The translations under genes and the position numbers were made by a program. 64,000 nucleotides of DNA from Monocercomonoides exilis PA203. Its lineage: Eukaryota; Protista; Preaxostyla. Under the pieces are notes generated by a model. That model made no database searches, had not been told where the DNA came from, and saw only the letters and a list, made by a program, of their open reading frames with translations. This document shows, piece by piece, positions 13,500-26,589 of the stretch (the first letter of the stretch is position 1; each line of letters opens with the position of its first letter). Where the stretch lies: NCBI GenBank assembly GCA_001643675.2, contig LSRY02000008.1:744001-808000 (forward strand), written 5' to 3'.

Positions 13500-15080
13500 T
13501 TCCTCTCTTCCATGCGGCACTAGTGCTGCTTCTTCATTTCTCCTTTCTCCTTCTCTTTCTATTTCGACTCCAACGTACACAATTCATCCTTCATCCGTTC
13601 CTTCCATTCCTTCTTCATCAACATTCAACACAATCTGAAGAAGCATGCCAACCTGGTTCTCCATTAAAGATATGAGGAAGCAAAGAGAAGAAGACGGTGA
13701 AAGGTGAAAAGCCATAATACTTATCAACATCATTTCAGCACTTGCAGTTGACAGTTCGGATGTGTCTACGACGAATGCTTTATGCACATTGGCAGCAGTG
13801 ATGGACAACATATAGAGGCGGCTGCATATTGTGGTGCCTGAGCCAGCTGAAGTGAATGAAAATCACAGATAGTCGTTTCTGAGGGAGCAACAGACGCTGC
13901 GAAGATATGTTGTTGTGCGTTGGGGTGTGATGTGTGGAGGTGTTGCTTGCACCTGGATTATTGCACTTTTTGCAAAGCTTTCGGTTCTGCTAGTGATGCA
14001 GCTTGAGTCACTTGCAGCGTCGGTGGGCACGAAGTCGGGGAGCAAGCGGATCTTTGCAGCGGCAGATGTGAATGCTTTCTCGTTGATCTTCGATCTGTTT
14101 GAATTTTCACTGCAGATATGGCGATCGCTGCGGTCGAGGCGTGTGGTGGTGAAGCTGGACGATGAAATGATGGAGCGAGGGGTAGCAGTGTGTGTGAGAA
14201 GCGGGGGAGATGGTGGAGAAGGGACTGTTAAAGGCAGAGGGGCTGAGGATGGGAGATGGGAGATGTGGTTCTGTTGCCTGAGGAGATTGCGCTGGCTGTG
14301 CTGTAGGGGAGAGAAGAGGCAGAGGAAGGAAATGGAAATGAGGAGAAAGGTGGGTATCCGACAGCACACAGAGAGTTTGTGGAGAAAATCAAAGAGAAAC
14401 AGGGGAAACTGGAAGAAACGATGTCGCCGCTGGTTGTGGAGGCGCTTGGGCTGAGTGGGCTGAGGTTTGTAAAGGCAGAGGCTGAGGCTGGTGCAAACAA
14501 GCAGCATTCAGAAGAACCAGAATTGTGCAGTTCTTCTCCATCCGATGGAACCCAACTGGAGAACAGGAGGGCAGAAGAAGAAGAGGCAGATGGGTCTTTG
14601 GGCATAACTTTTGATGGAAGTACAGAGGGAGTGAGAAAAGATGAGGAACAAGTGGAAATGTCTGCGAATGGTTTGGAGATGAATGAGGAGCGAGGAAAAG
14701 AGGGTGGTTTGATTGACTTGGAGGAAGAAGTGAAAAAGAAAGAGATAATAAGGGATTGAGGAAAGGAACACACAACAAAGTATTTCAATACCCTCAAAAG
14801 CCAAAGGAATATAAAAAACTGTAAAGAATTTGACTGGGGATGAATTATATGACACATTGGAAAAGCTTGAAAAGTTGCCTGGGTCATTTTGTGAGGAAGA
14901 AACGCTGCCTCTTCTGCAGCCATTGGGAGAACAGAGGGAAGAAGGAGGGGAAGGGAAGAGAGGAGCAGCAAAACATCGTCTTCTTGGTTGGAACAATGAC
15001 ATTCGGAATTGTTTGAAAAGACGGAATATGATGAATGAGCATCATCCTTCTCCTTCTTCACCATTATCACCTTCATTTGC
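13500..15080 (+). pseudogene. Cargo: decayed host gene fragment
   Basis: One coding-like frame with several in-frame stops running into ORF 13915-14454, then acidic ORFs 14379-14759 and 14830-15084. Confidence 0.5.
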
Positions 15081-15089
15081 CTAAAATGC

Positions 15090-15715
15090 ATTGAATGATG
15101 GGAGTCAGCCTCATTTTTAGCATCTGAGTAGAAGTGCTTCAGTTGTGATGCAGCAAGAAGAATGCAAACAGATTCCTCTATCATCATCATCTGTTTCTTG
15201 TTCTTCTTCACTGCTTTCTGCATCTCCATCCGATTCATCCTCTTAAACAATCCAGCCTTCCTCTGCCTTTTGGACTGTATTACACCAACTTCAATTCTTC
15301 TTTTTCACCATCTTCTTCTTCTTCTTCTTCTTCTTCTTTTTCTTCTTCATTTCCTTTATCTTCTTCCGATTCTTTAATTTCTTCTTCGTCATTTCCTTTT
15401 CCACAAGCTGTACCATCTTCAACTTCATTGTTATATTCTTCTTTAACTCCTTCAATATCATTTTCACTCACTTGATATTGGATCAGATCATCGACCTTCT
15501 GATGTGTATTTGCTGTTCAATCTGCAGCTCCGCAAAACCGAAAGGAAAATAGCTTCATTCACTTTTCCTAAACTCGGCAGATCAATCGTCAAATGATTCT
15601 TCGTTTCATTTTTTTTTAACAATTCCGATGGTGAAAAAAGCGATCTATTCAGCATCAGTCTTTTCATATTATCTTCTTCATTGTCTTCTTCAACGCCTTC
15701 TTCGATGAACATCAA
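15090..15715 (-). pseudogene. Cargo: acidic host gene fragment in the opposite orientation
   Basis: E/K-rich ORFs 15488-15715 and 15280-15471 separated by stops. Confidence 0.4.
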
Positions 15716-16449
15716 GAATTATGTTGATTTTTTCATATCATTCAACTCCTCTCGAATTCACCAAGAGGCATTTAAATCTGCTGAAATAGGAAACTCAAAA
15801 GAAATGTTCATTCTGACATAGAATTTCAGCCAGACCTAACACGGCAATGAATTGAGATATTTTGATCCAGAATAGCAGATCAGGAGATATTCATTAAAAG
15901 AAGGAGTCGAATCTAACTTTTTTCATTTGGAAGATGAAAGAATTCACCGAAAACATAAAGAACAGGACAGGATAGGATGTTTGGGGCGAATGATTATGAG
16001 GATGACCTTCGACAAATTTCACAACGTCATGTGCCTTCAATGGAATGAGAGGATGATTAAATAAGGAGAACATAATTTATTTGAAAACAAATAATTGAAG
16101 GAAAATTCTATTAAAAACGTGGAACGAATATCAGGTTGACATCTGAATCAGAAAGGTGAGGAAATTATAATTTGTAGAAAACCTTCGAATGAGCTTGAAG
16201 AAATTATTTTTGAAGAAAGGAAAACGGATGATTCCATTTAGCAACGAGCTTTATTTTCATTTGATGAAGAAGCCAAATCAAATGGAAAATGACAAAGAAA
16301 TAATATAACCTGTGCTGATTTTGGGCTCTTTGAAAGATATGTGATGATATGTGCTTTAGTTGAAAAGAAGATGGAAGCTCATAAATATGAAGTGAAATGG
16401 AAAATTATCAGAATTTGAAGAAATAGTTTTGAAAATTGTGATAAAGTTC

Positions 16450-18260
16450 ATCATTTGTAGTGAATTTTGTATCGACAGCGCTGAATGTGAGAGTCTTTGT
16501 GGGAGTGAAAGTGGAGACGAGAAAAGAGAGAGAGGCATCGCTAAAGGGAGCAACGCATTCGAGAGCACACTCCACTGTGGCACAGGAGCTTTGCTGTGTT
16601 TTTCCACAGGTATCGACATCACTTCCACCATTTGCAACTATTTTGTTCTGGTTGATGATTGGAAGCCAACTGTTGCACACTGCATTGTCAGCTGTTCCTT
16701 GATTCCACACTCTTTTTGTTGGAGTTGTTGAACCACAATTCTCAAACGGGGATTGGGTGATGGAATTACCATTGAAGAACACATCATTTCCTCTTCCATT
16801 TGTTGCTGTGTTTCCATCAAAGAAGCAGAATGTGATGAATTTGAACCCGCTCGTCCAATCATATGTTCTTGTGCAGCACAGCGCAGCACCTCCGTAGGTA
16901 GTTGGATTTTCGACTTTGTTGTTGATGAATTGGCAATCACTGACTAAAAATTGACTCGGTTTGTTGCTTGGAGGATTTGAAAATGTTAGAGAACCAGCAA
17001 AATCACCTCCAGAATTTGAGATGCACTTACATTTAGTGAGCAGGAATTGACCGTTTGAAGAAAAATCACCAATATAGAAATACCAACCAGTTCCATAAAT
17101 GCTAGTTATTTGACAATTTTCCACTCTGTTGTCTGAAAATGAATAAACGGAAGATGATTGCCGACCATCAATGCAAATTGCCCCTCCATGGGCAGCTGTA
17201 CAATTTGAGAAATTGGATTCTGTGATATCAATTTTCAACAATCTATCGCAATATAACGCTCCACCATGATTTGTATTTGAGCAATTATTGAATGAGCAAG
17301 AAGTGATTGTGAGATTTGCATTAGTGCAATAAACATAAAGTGCACCGCCAGATGAAGATCCACCATTTGAATCGTTCCATTCGCACCATTCGAAGCGATG
17401 GTTATTTGTATCAAAAGCAGTCAATCTTCCAGGTTTCACTCTTTGAGATTCAGTTCCTTCATGAACCACAGCAGCATTTGATGAAGAGCGTGTTTGGTGG
17501 AGAAAAGAGGTGTTGAAGGCAGAGAGAGAAGTGAATGGACTGTTGAGATTTGGGAGGATGGCTCCATCGATGGGATTGTGGGTGTGGAGGAAGATGGTTG
17601 AGTGGATGGAAAGGGATGAATGAAGGGAGAAGGAGGGGATTGAATTGGAGTTGATGTTGGTGGAAGAGGAAGTGGAAATGGAAGAAGTGGTTGAGATTAA
17701 TATATTGAGTGAATGTGAGGGAAGGGATGGAAGAGATAGAGGGGATTGAGGAGAGGAGATGTTGGAGAAAAGTGTGTTTGAGAGATGGAGATGGAGGTGG
17801 ATTTGGAGGTGAGGATGGGATTGGTGATAGATATGGAGAGGGGAAGGGGAAGGGGAAATCGAAGGGGAAGGGGAAGGGGAAGGGGAAGAAAAAGAAGATG
17901 ATGTGGATGAGGATGAGGAAGATGAAGGAGAAGAGGAAAGGGAAGGAGATGGAGAAGGGGATGGGGAAGAGAGGGAAGAAGGAGAAAAAAGGAAGGGCTG
18001 GATGAGGGAGACGAAAGAGGAGAAGAAGGAGTGGGAGATGGAGATGGAGGCAGGGATTGGAGAGTGGGCATCTGAAAGGAGATTTTTTGGGAAGGAGAAA
18101 AGGGGGAAAGAGAAGATGGCAGGTTGAGGGGTGGTGAGGGTGAAGTTTGTGAGGGCGAGGGAGGCATGGGCAGAGAGGAAGAGGGGGCATTGGTGGTGGT
18201 TGTTGTTGTTGAGGGAAGGTGGGTGGATGTGGAAGGTGGAGGAGAAAATTGTGAAAGCAA
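16450..18260 (-). pseudogene. Cargo: Pro/Ser-rich plus right-handed beta-helix (GGA[IL]/FxxN repeat) surface protein fragment
   Basis: GGALYVY..SFNNCS..GGALY..FSNCTAAHGGAICI, FDGNTATNGRGNDVF. The upstream P/S-rich part is out of frame and the 3' end is truncated. Confidence 0.75.
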
Positions 18261-19172
18261 ATAACGCTTTCTAGTGATAAAGAATGCGCAGTCAACAAGA
18301 GGGATTACGCTGAGGAAGCTTATTCATAAATAGGTGTTGATGAGTGTGAAATTTGTAAAAGGACAACATATGCAAGTTAAATATTTAACTTGAACATAAA
18401 AAACAAATTCTTTTTCTTTCTTTAAATTTCTGTCACTCTTTTTTATCTTTCCATAAATCAATATTATTTTTGAAACGACGAATTCACAATAAATCTTTAA
18501 CAAAAGAAATTGCTTTTGAAGTTAAATTTTTGTCAATTCTAATAATAACTGTCAATTCCTTGCTCACTTTTTCTAAACTCAAATTTTTTTAAATTTTGTG
18601 AAAAACTCATTAAGTTATATTCATTATTTTCAAATAAATTTATATGAAAAAAGCTGTTTGTGCTCATGCATGTGTTTTTGTTACTATTTCTCGAAACTTC
18701 AATAAATAACAATTTTTGAACAACAAAAAAATATAAAGAGATATCTTTCAATTCATATTTGTTCGTTATATATTGAAATTGCTTAAATGAAGCAAAAACA
18801 TTTGAAAACCATTCTGAAATGTAATTTTTCGAAAAGTTAGACAAAATTGCTTAGACTGTTTCCTAAACAGTCATCTCAAAAATATAAATTCAATGTGCTC
18901 TGATAGAGATGACTCCTTTGAAAATAGTATCTCCTTGCTGAAAAAAACATCAATAAAAAATCATTTCACTGGATAAAAAGTATTATTTATTTTGCGATCA
19001 AGAATAATTATTGAAAATTACTATCACTTTTTATTTTTGCAAATATTAAGAAAAAATACAGATTTTTGTTTTAACATTTTGGTTTTTATTGATTAAATAT
19101 GTTGTTTCGTAATTCTCATGCATCCGAAAAAAAACAATGAAAAATAATTATTTCAAAAATAATCACCCAATT

Positions 19173-19710
19173 TCTTCGCTTCTTTCTGTTGATAAGGACA
19201 CAGTCGGATACTGGGGAAGTGTGATTAGGTGCACTTGCTCACAAATGTGGAACGAAAGACAGTGAGTGATTTGAGGTGAGGGAACAACAGCAGAAATTGA
19301 TAAAACAATTTGGCGAAAACAAAAGAACAGGAGAAGAAGAAAGAAAAAGACAATGTGGATTATCGGAGGGGAAAAAAGATTAGAGGGTGGTGGAGCGGGG
19401 AAACGGTTTATGGTTGTTGTTGTTAACAAAAAAAAGGAAACTTCAATTCCAATTATCAAGAAAGACATCAAAACTGGAACATTTATTATTTCATATGAAC
19501 CACGTGCTTATTCTTTGATGGAAACACTTTGACATACACATCAAAATGCGTTCCGCAAAATACATTATAGAAACCCAGAAACTGGTGTTTATCTTAATAC
19601 AATTGAAGGATTATGGAAACATTTGCGATGCACTTTCCCTCGATTTGAAACAATGATCAGACTTATGCATGATTATCTTTCACTGTTATTGGTGAAATCA
19701 ACATTTGATT
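19173..19710 (+). pseudogene. 3' part of the Merlin transposase
   Basis: SSLLSVDKDTVGYWGSVIRCTC...EIDKTIWRKQK...MWIIGGEKR...KKETSIPII...NPETGVYLNTIEGLW, with in-frame TGA stops. Confidence 0.85.
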
Positions 19711-20859
19711 AAACGTTCATTCTATTAATAAAATGACTGTGTTTTGTAAAGGAACTTGCACATGTTCAAATGGAAAAAGAAGAAGACGAAGAAATCACTG
19801 ATAAAAATAATAAAATTCCAGACATGGATGATGTTGTCAATGAAAATAGTGATGTTGAATCTGATAAAGATTTCGGAGCAGGAGATGGGGCAAGTTCCTT
19901 TGAATATGAGCCTTAAATATAATTTTTATTTGAATAATATCATTTTAATATGTTTTTCATTTTTTCGAAGCTTTAAAAGAATTAATCAGTCACTTTTTTT
20001 AATGAAAATATAAAAATATTTATTTTTGATCAGAAAAAATCTTTTTCTAAAATTTCTCCATAAACACATTTCTGCAATTTTCCATACTCATATCAAGTAT
20101 GAACTATGCTCAATATTATTATTATTATTATTATTATTATAATTATTCTATTCACAAAAAATTGCTCATTAATAATAATCACATCCATATTTATTTTCTT
20201 TTTTGTTTTTAAAATGTTACTGCATTAAATGAAAGCTCTACTGTTTTCAACACAATTATCAAACAATTTGGCCTAGCTTTTTTATTCATAGAAATTGAGA
20301 ATGAAGAGCATTTTTTAATGCATAGAAATCAATGAATGAAATCTTTTCAAAAAATCATAAATTGATTTCTTTTTCTTTTCCTTTCTTTTCTTTTGCTTTT
20401 TTTTGGAAATTTGTTGTGATTTTGTTGATTTCAATGGGAATAATTACAAAACAGATTTTTTTTAACAAAGGAAATTTCTGGTTTCCTCTAATTTTCAAAT
20501 AAATCACAACAATATTTAGAAAGCAGAAACTATAGAAATCTTTCCTGTTTTTTTTGAATAAGTTGGTTCATCATCGAAAAGAAATAAATATTATGTTGAA
20601 AGATGACATTTCACTTGAAAAACCGAATTGAATGTAATAGTGAGCGAAAAGTTCTCTCCAATGAATTCAATCCACTGATAATAAATTGAAAATTCTTCAA
20701 TAATCAGGATTCAACTGATGAGACAAACAATCTTTCTTTGAAAAATAAACAGTTCATATTTCGCAAATTTTTTGTGTTTTTATAAAAAAAATTTCTCAAA
20801 ATAAGTGTAAAAAAAATAAGGTGCGTGAAAAGAGAGGCCAGCAGCCAAACGCTATATCC

Positions 20860-23097
20860 TCAGACCATTTCAACGATGTTCAGAATCTCAGCTGCAATCC
20901 CCCTAACAGGCAGCCACTGCGGCTTCTCCTTCATCTCAGCCAACGCGTCGACGATGCTGCCCTCCTCAGGCAACGAGACCAGAACTGCAGCAGCCACGTC
21001 GTTGTCCAGGCACACCACACCCAGCGCCTTCAGCAGCGTGGCCAGCGAATCCAGCGCCACCGGCCTCTCCTCCAGCACGTCTTCCTCGTTCCTGGCAAAC
21101 TCCTCCCCTTTCGCCTTCCACTCCTTCCTCACTGCCCGCGCCAGCACCGCCACCCCGCCCTCGCACAGCGCCTCGCACTGCCCCTTCCGCTCTCCCAGCC
21201 GCAGGGCAATGTTGTGCAGCAGACACGACCCCGCCAGCTGCACCGCTGCTGCCCCACGCGCTGCCCTCGCTGCTTCTTCTTTTCCTTTTCCCTCTTCTTC
21301 TCTTTTGGCTTCTTCTTCTTCTTTTTCTTTCTCACTGTCCTCCACACACGACACAGCTGCCTCCACAAAGAACGGCAGACGCTCTGGGCTCGTCACAAAT
21401 GCAGCACCTGTCTCACTCGCAAAGAGATTCACTGCTATCCGCATACACACCAGCCGCAATGCTGCTGCTGGAGATGACTTCAATGAAGAAGTGGAAGAAG
21501 AAAGAGAAGAAAGAGAAGGAGAAGAGGAAATGGATGTGTTGGTGAATGATGATGATGATGATAAGTTCGGAAGAGCATATTGTTTGAACAGGTTGATTAT
21601 TGACAGCGGGGCGTGGATGCGGGGCTTTGCATCAGTTGGTGATGATGAAGGAGAGGAAGAGGAAGAAGGCTCTTTGCAGAGCAGCTCAGCGCCTTTCGGG
21701 TGCAGCGCGAGGATGCGAAGGAGGTCGACAACAGGGACAAGCAGCTCAGATGGCCAGCAGCAGCGCAGGCGCGTCAGCACACCCACAACGCCTGCCGGGA
21801 TGGCTGGAAGCGATTGAGGCGAATGAGCTGCATTGGATGTCTGCTGCGAGTGCTGTGTCAGCACACAGCTGAAGAAGTCCTTCACGGCCTTCGACTGCAG
21901 AAGAGAGAGATCGAATTCTTGCAGGACACCTGGATTGGAGATGGATGCTGATGAAGAAGGAGAAGAAGGAGAAGTAGAAGAAGATGCTTTCAGCAAGCTT
22001 TCTTTGAAATGAGTGTGGTTCTCAAGCAGCTTCGCCAGGATGCGGTCGTAATTGCCTGTCTCGTAAAGGTACTTGGCAGATGCCCCCAAAATCGGAAAAT
22101 GAGAAGGAGAAGAGAAAGAAGACGCTGCTCCTGCTGCTCCACTCGCCTGGCCTCCAAAGCTCCCTCCTGGCTGTTGCACACATTGCACCACCCCCCCACA
22201 AATTATATACAGGAATATTTGGAATTATGGAAAATAAATAAGTAAGAAAGTAAGTAATGAAAGAAAAAATCATTTTCCATACAACTGCTCTTCCTTGAAG
22301 TGGATCTCCCCCTCCAAAAAACGAATCAATCAACGGCTTAAACTGCTGTCCAACTGGAGTGGAAAGAAATTCTCGTGGAAGATCAATAATATCTTTTCAT
22401 AACCAGACTATAAAATTCAATTCACTTACAGCCAAACATCATACAGCTTGGAATCTGCTTTCCCGTCAGGAACTGGCACGCCTCGTTTGTAAAGTTGTTG
22501 CAGTTGTGCTCCAGCAAATTATACGACCCCATCGTGTATCGAGGCGAGATTTCATTCAAGAACTGCTCAAACACATCTTGCGGTATCGTCGTCTCCCCCA
22601 TTCTACAAAAAGTTCGCATTTCCTTTGTGAAAAAAGAATCGTAAGAAAAATTTAACTCAGCAAACGGAATAATTTTCGTCGGTGCACCAGCTGCAGAACG
22701 CCCCTGAAACAAAACAAATATGCAACAAAAATTAGACCCAATACAGCAACACCAAATAAGCATGCAGGAAGATCGCTTTTGAAGCAAAAAGCCAAACATC
22801 AAAACTCAACAATCAAATCGCTCGAAACCTTTGAATGCCCCCGCTGTAATAATATTCTTTGCCACTTGAAAAATGATGCGTTTTCGCGTCGAATTGCAAA
22901 AGCATTTATTTGAGCGACCATTAACAACAGCTCCAATTGAAATTGCCAATTTCTCAAGAAAAATTGAATTCAAACTACACAACAATCCCCGTGTGCCACA
23001 GGCCTTCCAAAGTTTTTCCAATTAGCATGGCCGACATGGACCGCACCATTCCATGGCTTAAATCATACAAATAAATCTGAACATCAAAGCTCGACAT
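20860..23097 (-). CDS. PPPDE (DeSI-like, peptidase C97) plus PUL domain protein, multi-exon
   Basis: MSSFDVQIYLYDLSHGM..GLWHTGIVVYGKEYYYSGGIQ across intron 22975-22865; YNLLEHNCNNFT; ILDLPREFLSTP. PUL-like WPSELLVPVVDLLRILALHP and MRIAVNLF. Confidence 0.85.
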
Positions 23098-23391
23098 TTT
23101 TAATAATTTTTTATTATGGAAGTTTCAAATTATTCTTTAAGCAAATTTGAAACATTCATCAATGGCAATATCGCATTGTTGAATGTTTAATTTATTATTT
23201 ATTTTTCGAAAAACACGAACATTTTCAAAAAAATATTATTTCTATTTCGTTAAAAAATTTATTCTCATTTCATTTTCTCTAAATAAATAAATTGACACTT
23301 TATTTTTTGATGAGAAAGTTGTTTCAAAAACTTCAAAAGCATTGGCTTCTTCATGACTTCGAAATCTGACAAATTTCCACTCACCTCCATT

Positions 23392-23970
23392 TCAGTTACT
23401 TTTTTCTGCCTCATGTTTACCAAATGGGATCTGAAGCGTTAAGCATTCCCACAGCATCATCCCGATCGAGAACACCACAGACTCCTTTGTTGCCCCAAAT
23501 TTATTGTTGATCAGCAGTTCTGGTGCCTTCCACCTCAAGCACTCTTTTTTGAAGCTATCTTCATCTTCAAAAGCAGATGAGGGAAGGGAGTCACTTTCAT
23601 CATCATCATCACTTGCAGACGTGACAACAGTTGATGATGAAGAGATGGACGATGAGTCTGAACTATCATCTGACAATAAATCAGAATGCATGACGATGCA
23701 GATGACCATATGTTCTGAGAACAGCACAATGTGGGGACTCAGATTAGTAAGCGATTGAAGAGGGTTTTCCATCTCGGAAAATGAATAAAGTGCCCCATTT
23801 GCCACCCAGAACAGGACCTGTGCTGCTGTCTGCTCCCTCTCCTGCAAACTCCCAATCGCCATCTCCTTCTTCTCATTCCTTCCATGCAACAGCATGAACA
23901 ATGAATCCCTCAAATCCACAATCAACTTCTCGTGAGGTGATGAGCAGGCCATTGCATTAAATAAATTCAA
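23392..23970 (-). pseudogene. Fragment of receptor-type TKL kinase family gene (kinase subdomains VIII-IX)
   Basis: LRWKAPELL..ATKESVVFSIGMMLWECLTLQIPFG; truncated at both ends. Confidence 0.75.
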
Positions 23971-24189
23971 ATTTGATTAGTTCTTTGAATATAAATCTTC
24001 AAATTGCACAAAGGTGTATTTAGCATAAGATATTGCACTTGCAAAATTTATGACAAACAAGCAATTCTCAAGTAGAGTTACACTTTTACTCTGACCTATA
24101 TTTTAACCCACACCTTTTTTTTTGTGGAGCTGGCTCCAGCTTAATACAAGCTCGTAGCCAACGAAAAATGACGAGAAACGTTTATTTTT

Positions 24190-24947
24190 ATATATTTCAC
24201 TTATGTAGAAAAAATTTTTTAATGAAATTTTTTTTCCAAGAGATCTCCGTATTTTTTAATTTTATTTTTTGATCATTAAATTGATGGTCTTTCCATGAAT
24301 ATAACATTTTGGAAGTTTTAAGCTACATCATCAATGCACATCATATCCTTTTTATTGCTTTTTTAACTTTTCACATTTCACAAGCTTCTTTTTCACTTGT
24401 TTTCTCATTTCATCCACTTTTCGAAAAAATGAAATTTTTGAAGAATGATGAATTTTTGAAAAAATTTTGAAGGTGATCCTTAATATATGTTGAAATTGTT
24501 AATTATTCAGATATACAAAAAAGTTTTGCAAATTTGATTTTTAATAGAAATATGAAAAACATCGATTCTGGTATTTTTGATTTTTAAAACCAAACGCACT
24601 TATTCAAAAAAAAATTATATGAGTGTAAAATAATATATTGAGTTTTAAATAAGATACAACTTATTAAATTTAAAAATTGTTTTTAATTCTATCAAAAATT
24701 TCATTTTTTCGAAAAGTGGATGAAATGAGAAAACAGATGAAAAATAAACTTCTGAAATGTGAAAAATTATTAATACAATAAAAAGGATATGATGTGTAAT
24801 GATGATGTTGCTTAAAACTTTCAGAATGTTATATTCATGGAAAGATAATCAATTTAATGATCAAAAAATAAAATTTAAAAATACAGAGATCTCTAAATCA
24901 AAAATATTCGAAAAAAATTTTTTTCTGTTTAAGAAAAACATATTAAT
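24190..24947. mobile_element. Foldback/MITE with ~250-bp arms inserted in the left hAT terminus
   Basis: 24190-24440 is the reverse complement of 24690-24947. hAT terminal homology resumes at about 24950 (atgcatttaaacatatgcgtcac). Confidence 0.75.
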
Positions 24948-26589
24948 ATATGCATTTAAACATATGCGTCACCTTGAAAAAGGTGGTCTCTCGTCAGTCA
25001 TTGCCCGGCACTTTTTTTATTTTTTTTTTATTTTTTTTTATTTTTTTATTTTTATTTTTTTTTTTTTTTTTATTACCTGAAACAAACTATATTTTAAATT
25101 ATTCTCAGAAAAGGATAAAACACTTTCCAATAATTCAAAAGTTTCAAAACAAAAATTTTTTCGCAATTCACATTCAACAAACCTTAATTAAATATTCATT
25201 TATTTAATTTCTATTTTGCACTTAAACAGAAGTCATTTCATTCTATAAAAATTACATCAAGATTTTGCAATTTATTTTTTTATGTTTTTGAAGCTTTGTT
25301 ATCAGTGTCTTATTTTTATTATTAATCTTTTTTCAAAATCTTTTAACCTAAGTTAATATTTATGTTCAACATGTTTTATCTTCGAAATACATAATTATCA
25401 TATTTTAAATATTTATTATTTTCAATTCTCACTATACAATTTTATCCTTTCGATTTAACAATTGTTTTTAGAAGCAAAAAAAAAAATTTGACATGTTGTT
25501 CGCTATATTATCGAAATGATAGAATTATAATCTATGAATATGAATTAAAACACTTTATTTTGAATATGCTAAAAAACAATCTGATTTGAATTAAAAGTTT
25601 ATTACAATTTAAGTCTCTTTTAAATTTTAGTTGTTCTTTTCAATTAATTGTTGCTCTGATTTTTTGTGATCGTTTTTACTTTGTTCAAATGAAAAGTTAG
25701 TGAGCATCACAGCGATTTGCATTGACTTATTTGATTTTCTTCATCCCCTTTTTTATTTATATTCAACTTTATATTTATCTTTTTCTGTTTTTTCTTTCTC
25801 TTCAACTCCTTCTTCTACCTCTCCTTGTGTAGATATTACTTTATCCAATTAATCATCTTCTGTCAACTCATTTCAAATACTTCAGAAAAATTCTTCTTTT
25901 TTTGTTCTTCCATCAAAATATTTGCATTTCTTTCTTTTTTCTCTCTTCTACTTCTTCTTCTTTCACCTCCAGCATTTGAAAAATGTTGCATCAAGTTTAT
26001 CAAAAGAATTTGAAGAGCTGACAGCTGAGCCATTGAGAATGGAGTAAAGTGTATCGGCTGTTCAACAAAGACCGCTGTCGAGAAAACAACAGCAACATTT
26101 TTGTGTCAAATTAATCGTCTTTCTTTATTTCTTTTCTAACTCTTCCATGTAATATTTATTTTCTCCTTTTATATTTCTCTTTCTCTAAATATATATATAT
26201 CTTTTTTTTCTTTCTCTCTCTTTTCTTTATATGATTCCCATTTCTTTGTTTTTGTGTCAATTCAGAACAAAGTGCATGCGAGTTTGTTTATTCAAATCAG
26301 TTTCAATGCATAACGCTTTTCTTTGTAATTATTTGTTAATTTCTCTTCTCTATTATAATATTTTCTTCTATTATTCCATTTCTCTTCTCTACCTACTCTT
26401 CTCTCATCTTCGTTCCTCTTCTTTCTCTTCCTTGTCTTCTTCTCCTTCCTTTCCTCTTTCTCCTTCTCCTTCTCCTTCTCTTTCTCCTTCTCCTTCTCTT
26501 TCTTTTTCTCTTTTGCATTTATTTTCTTCTTCTTCTTCTTCTTCTTCTTCTTCTCCTCCAATTATCTTCTTCTTCCTCTTCTTCTTATT

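Larger units (their letters stand above)
4720..19168 (-). mobile_element. 14.4-kb Sola2-like DNA transposon with USP-containing transposase and cargo gene fragments
   Basis: Perfect 19-bp TIR GGGTGATTATTTTTGAAAT (4720-4738 / 19150-19168). AATT TSD at 4716-4719 and 19169-19172. The flanks rejoin into one Merlin reading frame. Confidence 0.85.

Noticed and set aside
20821-21817. Long + strand ORFs
   Set aside because: Antisense shadows of the GC-rich PUL exon
10355-23097. USP plus DeSI as a deubiquitinase gene cluster
   Set aside because: The DeSI-PUL gene lies outside the element's TIRs, so proximity is probably chance
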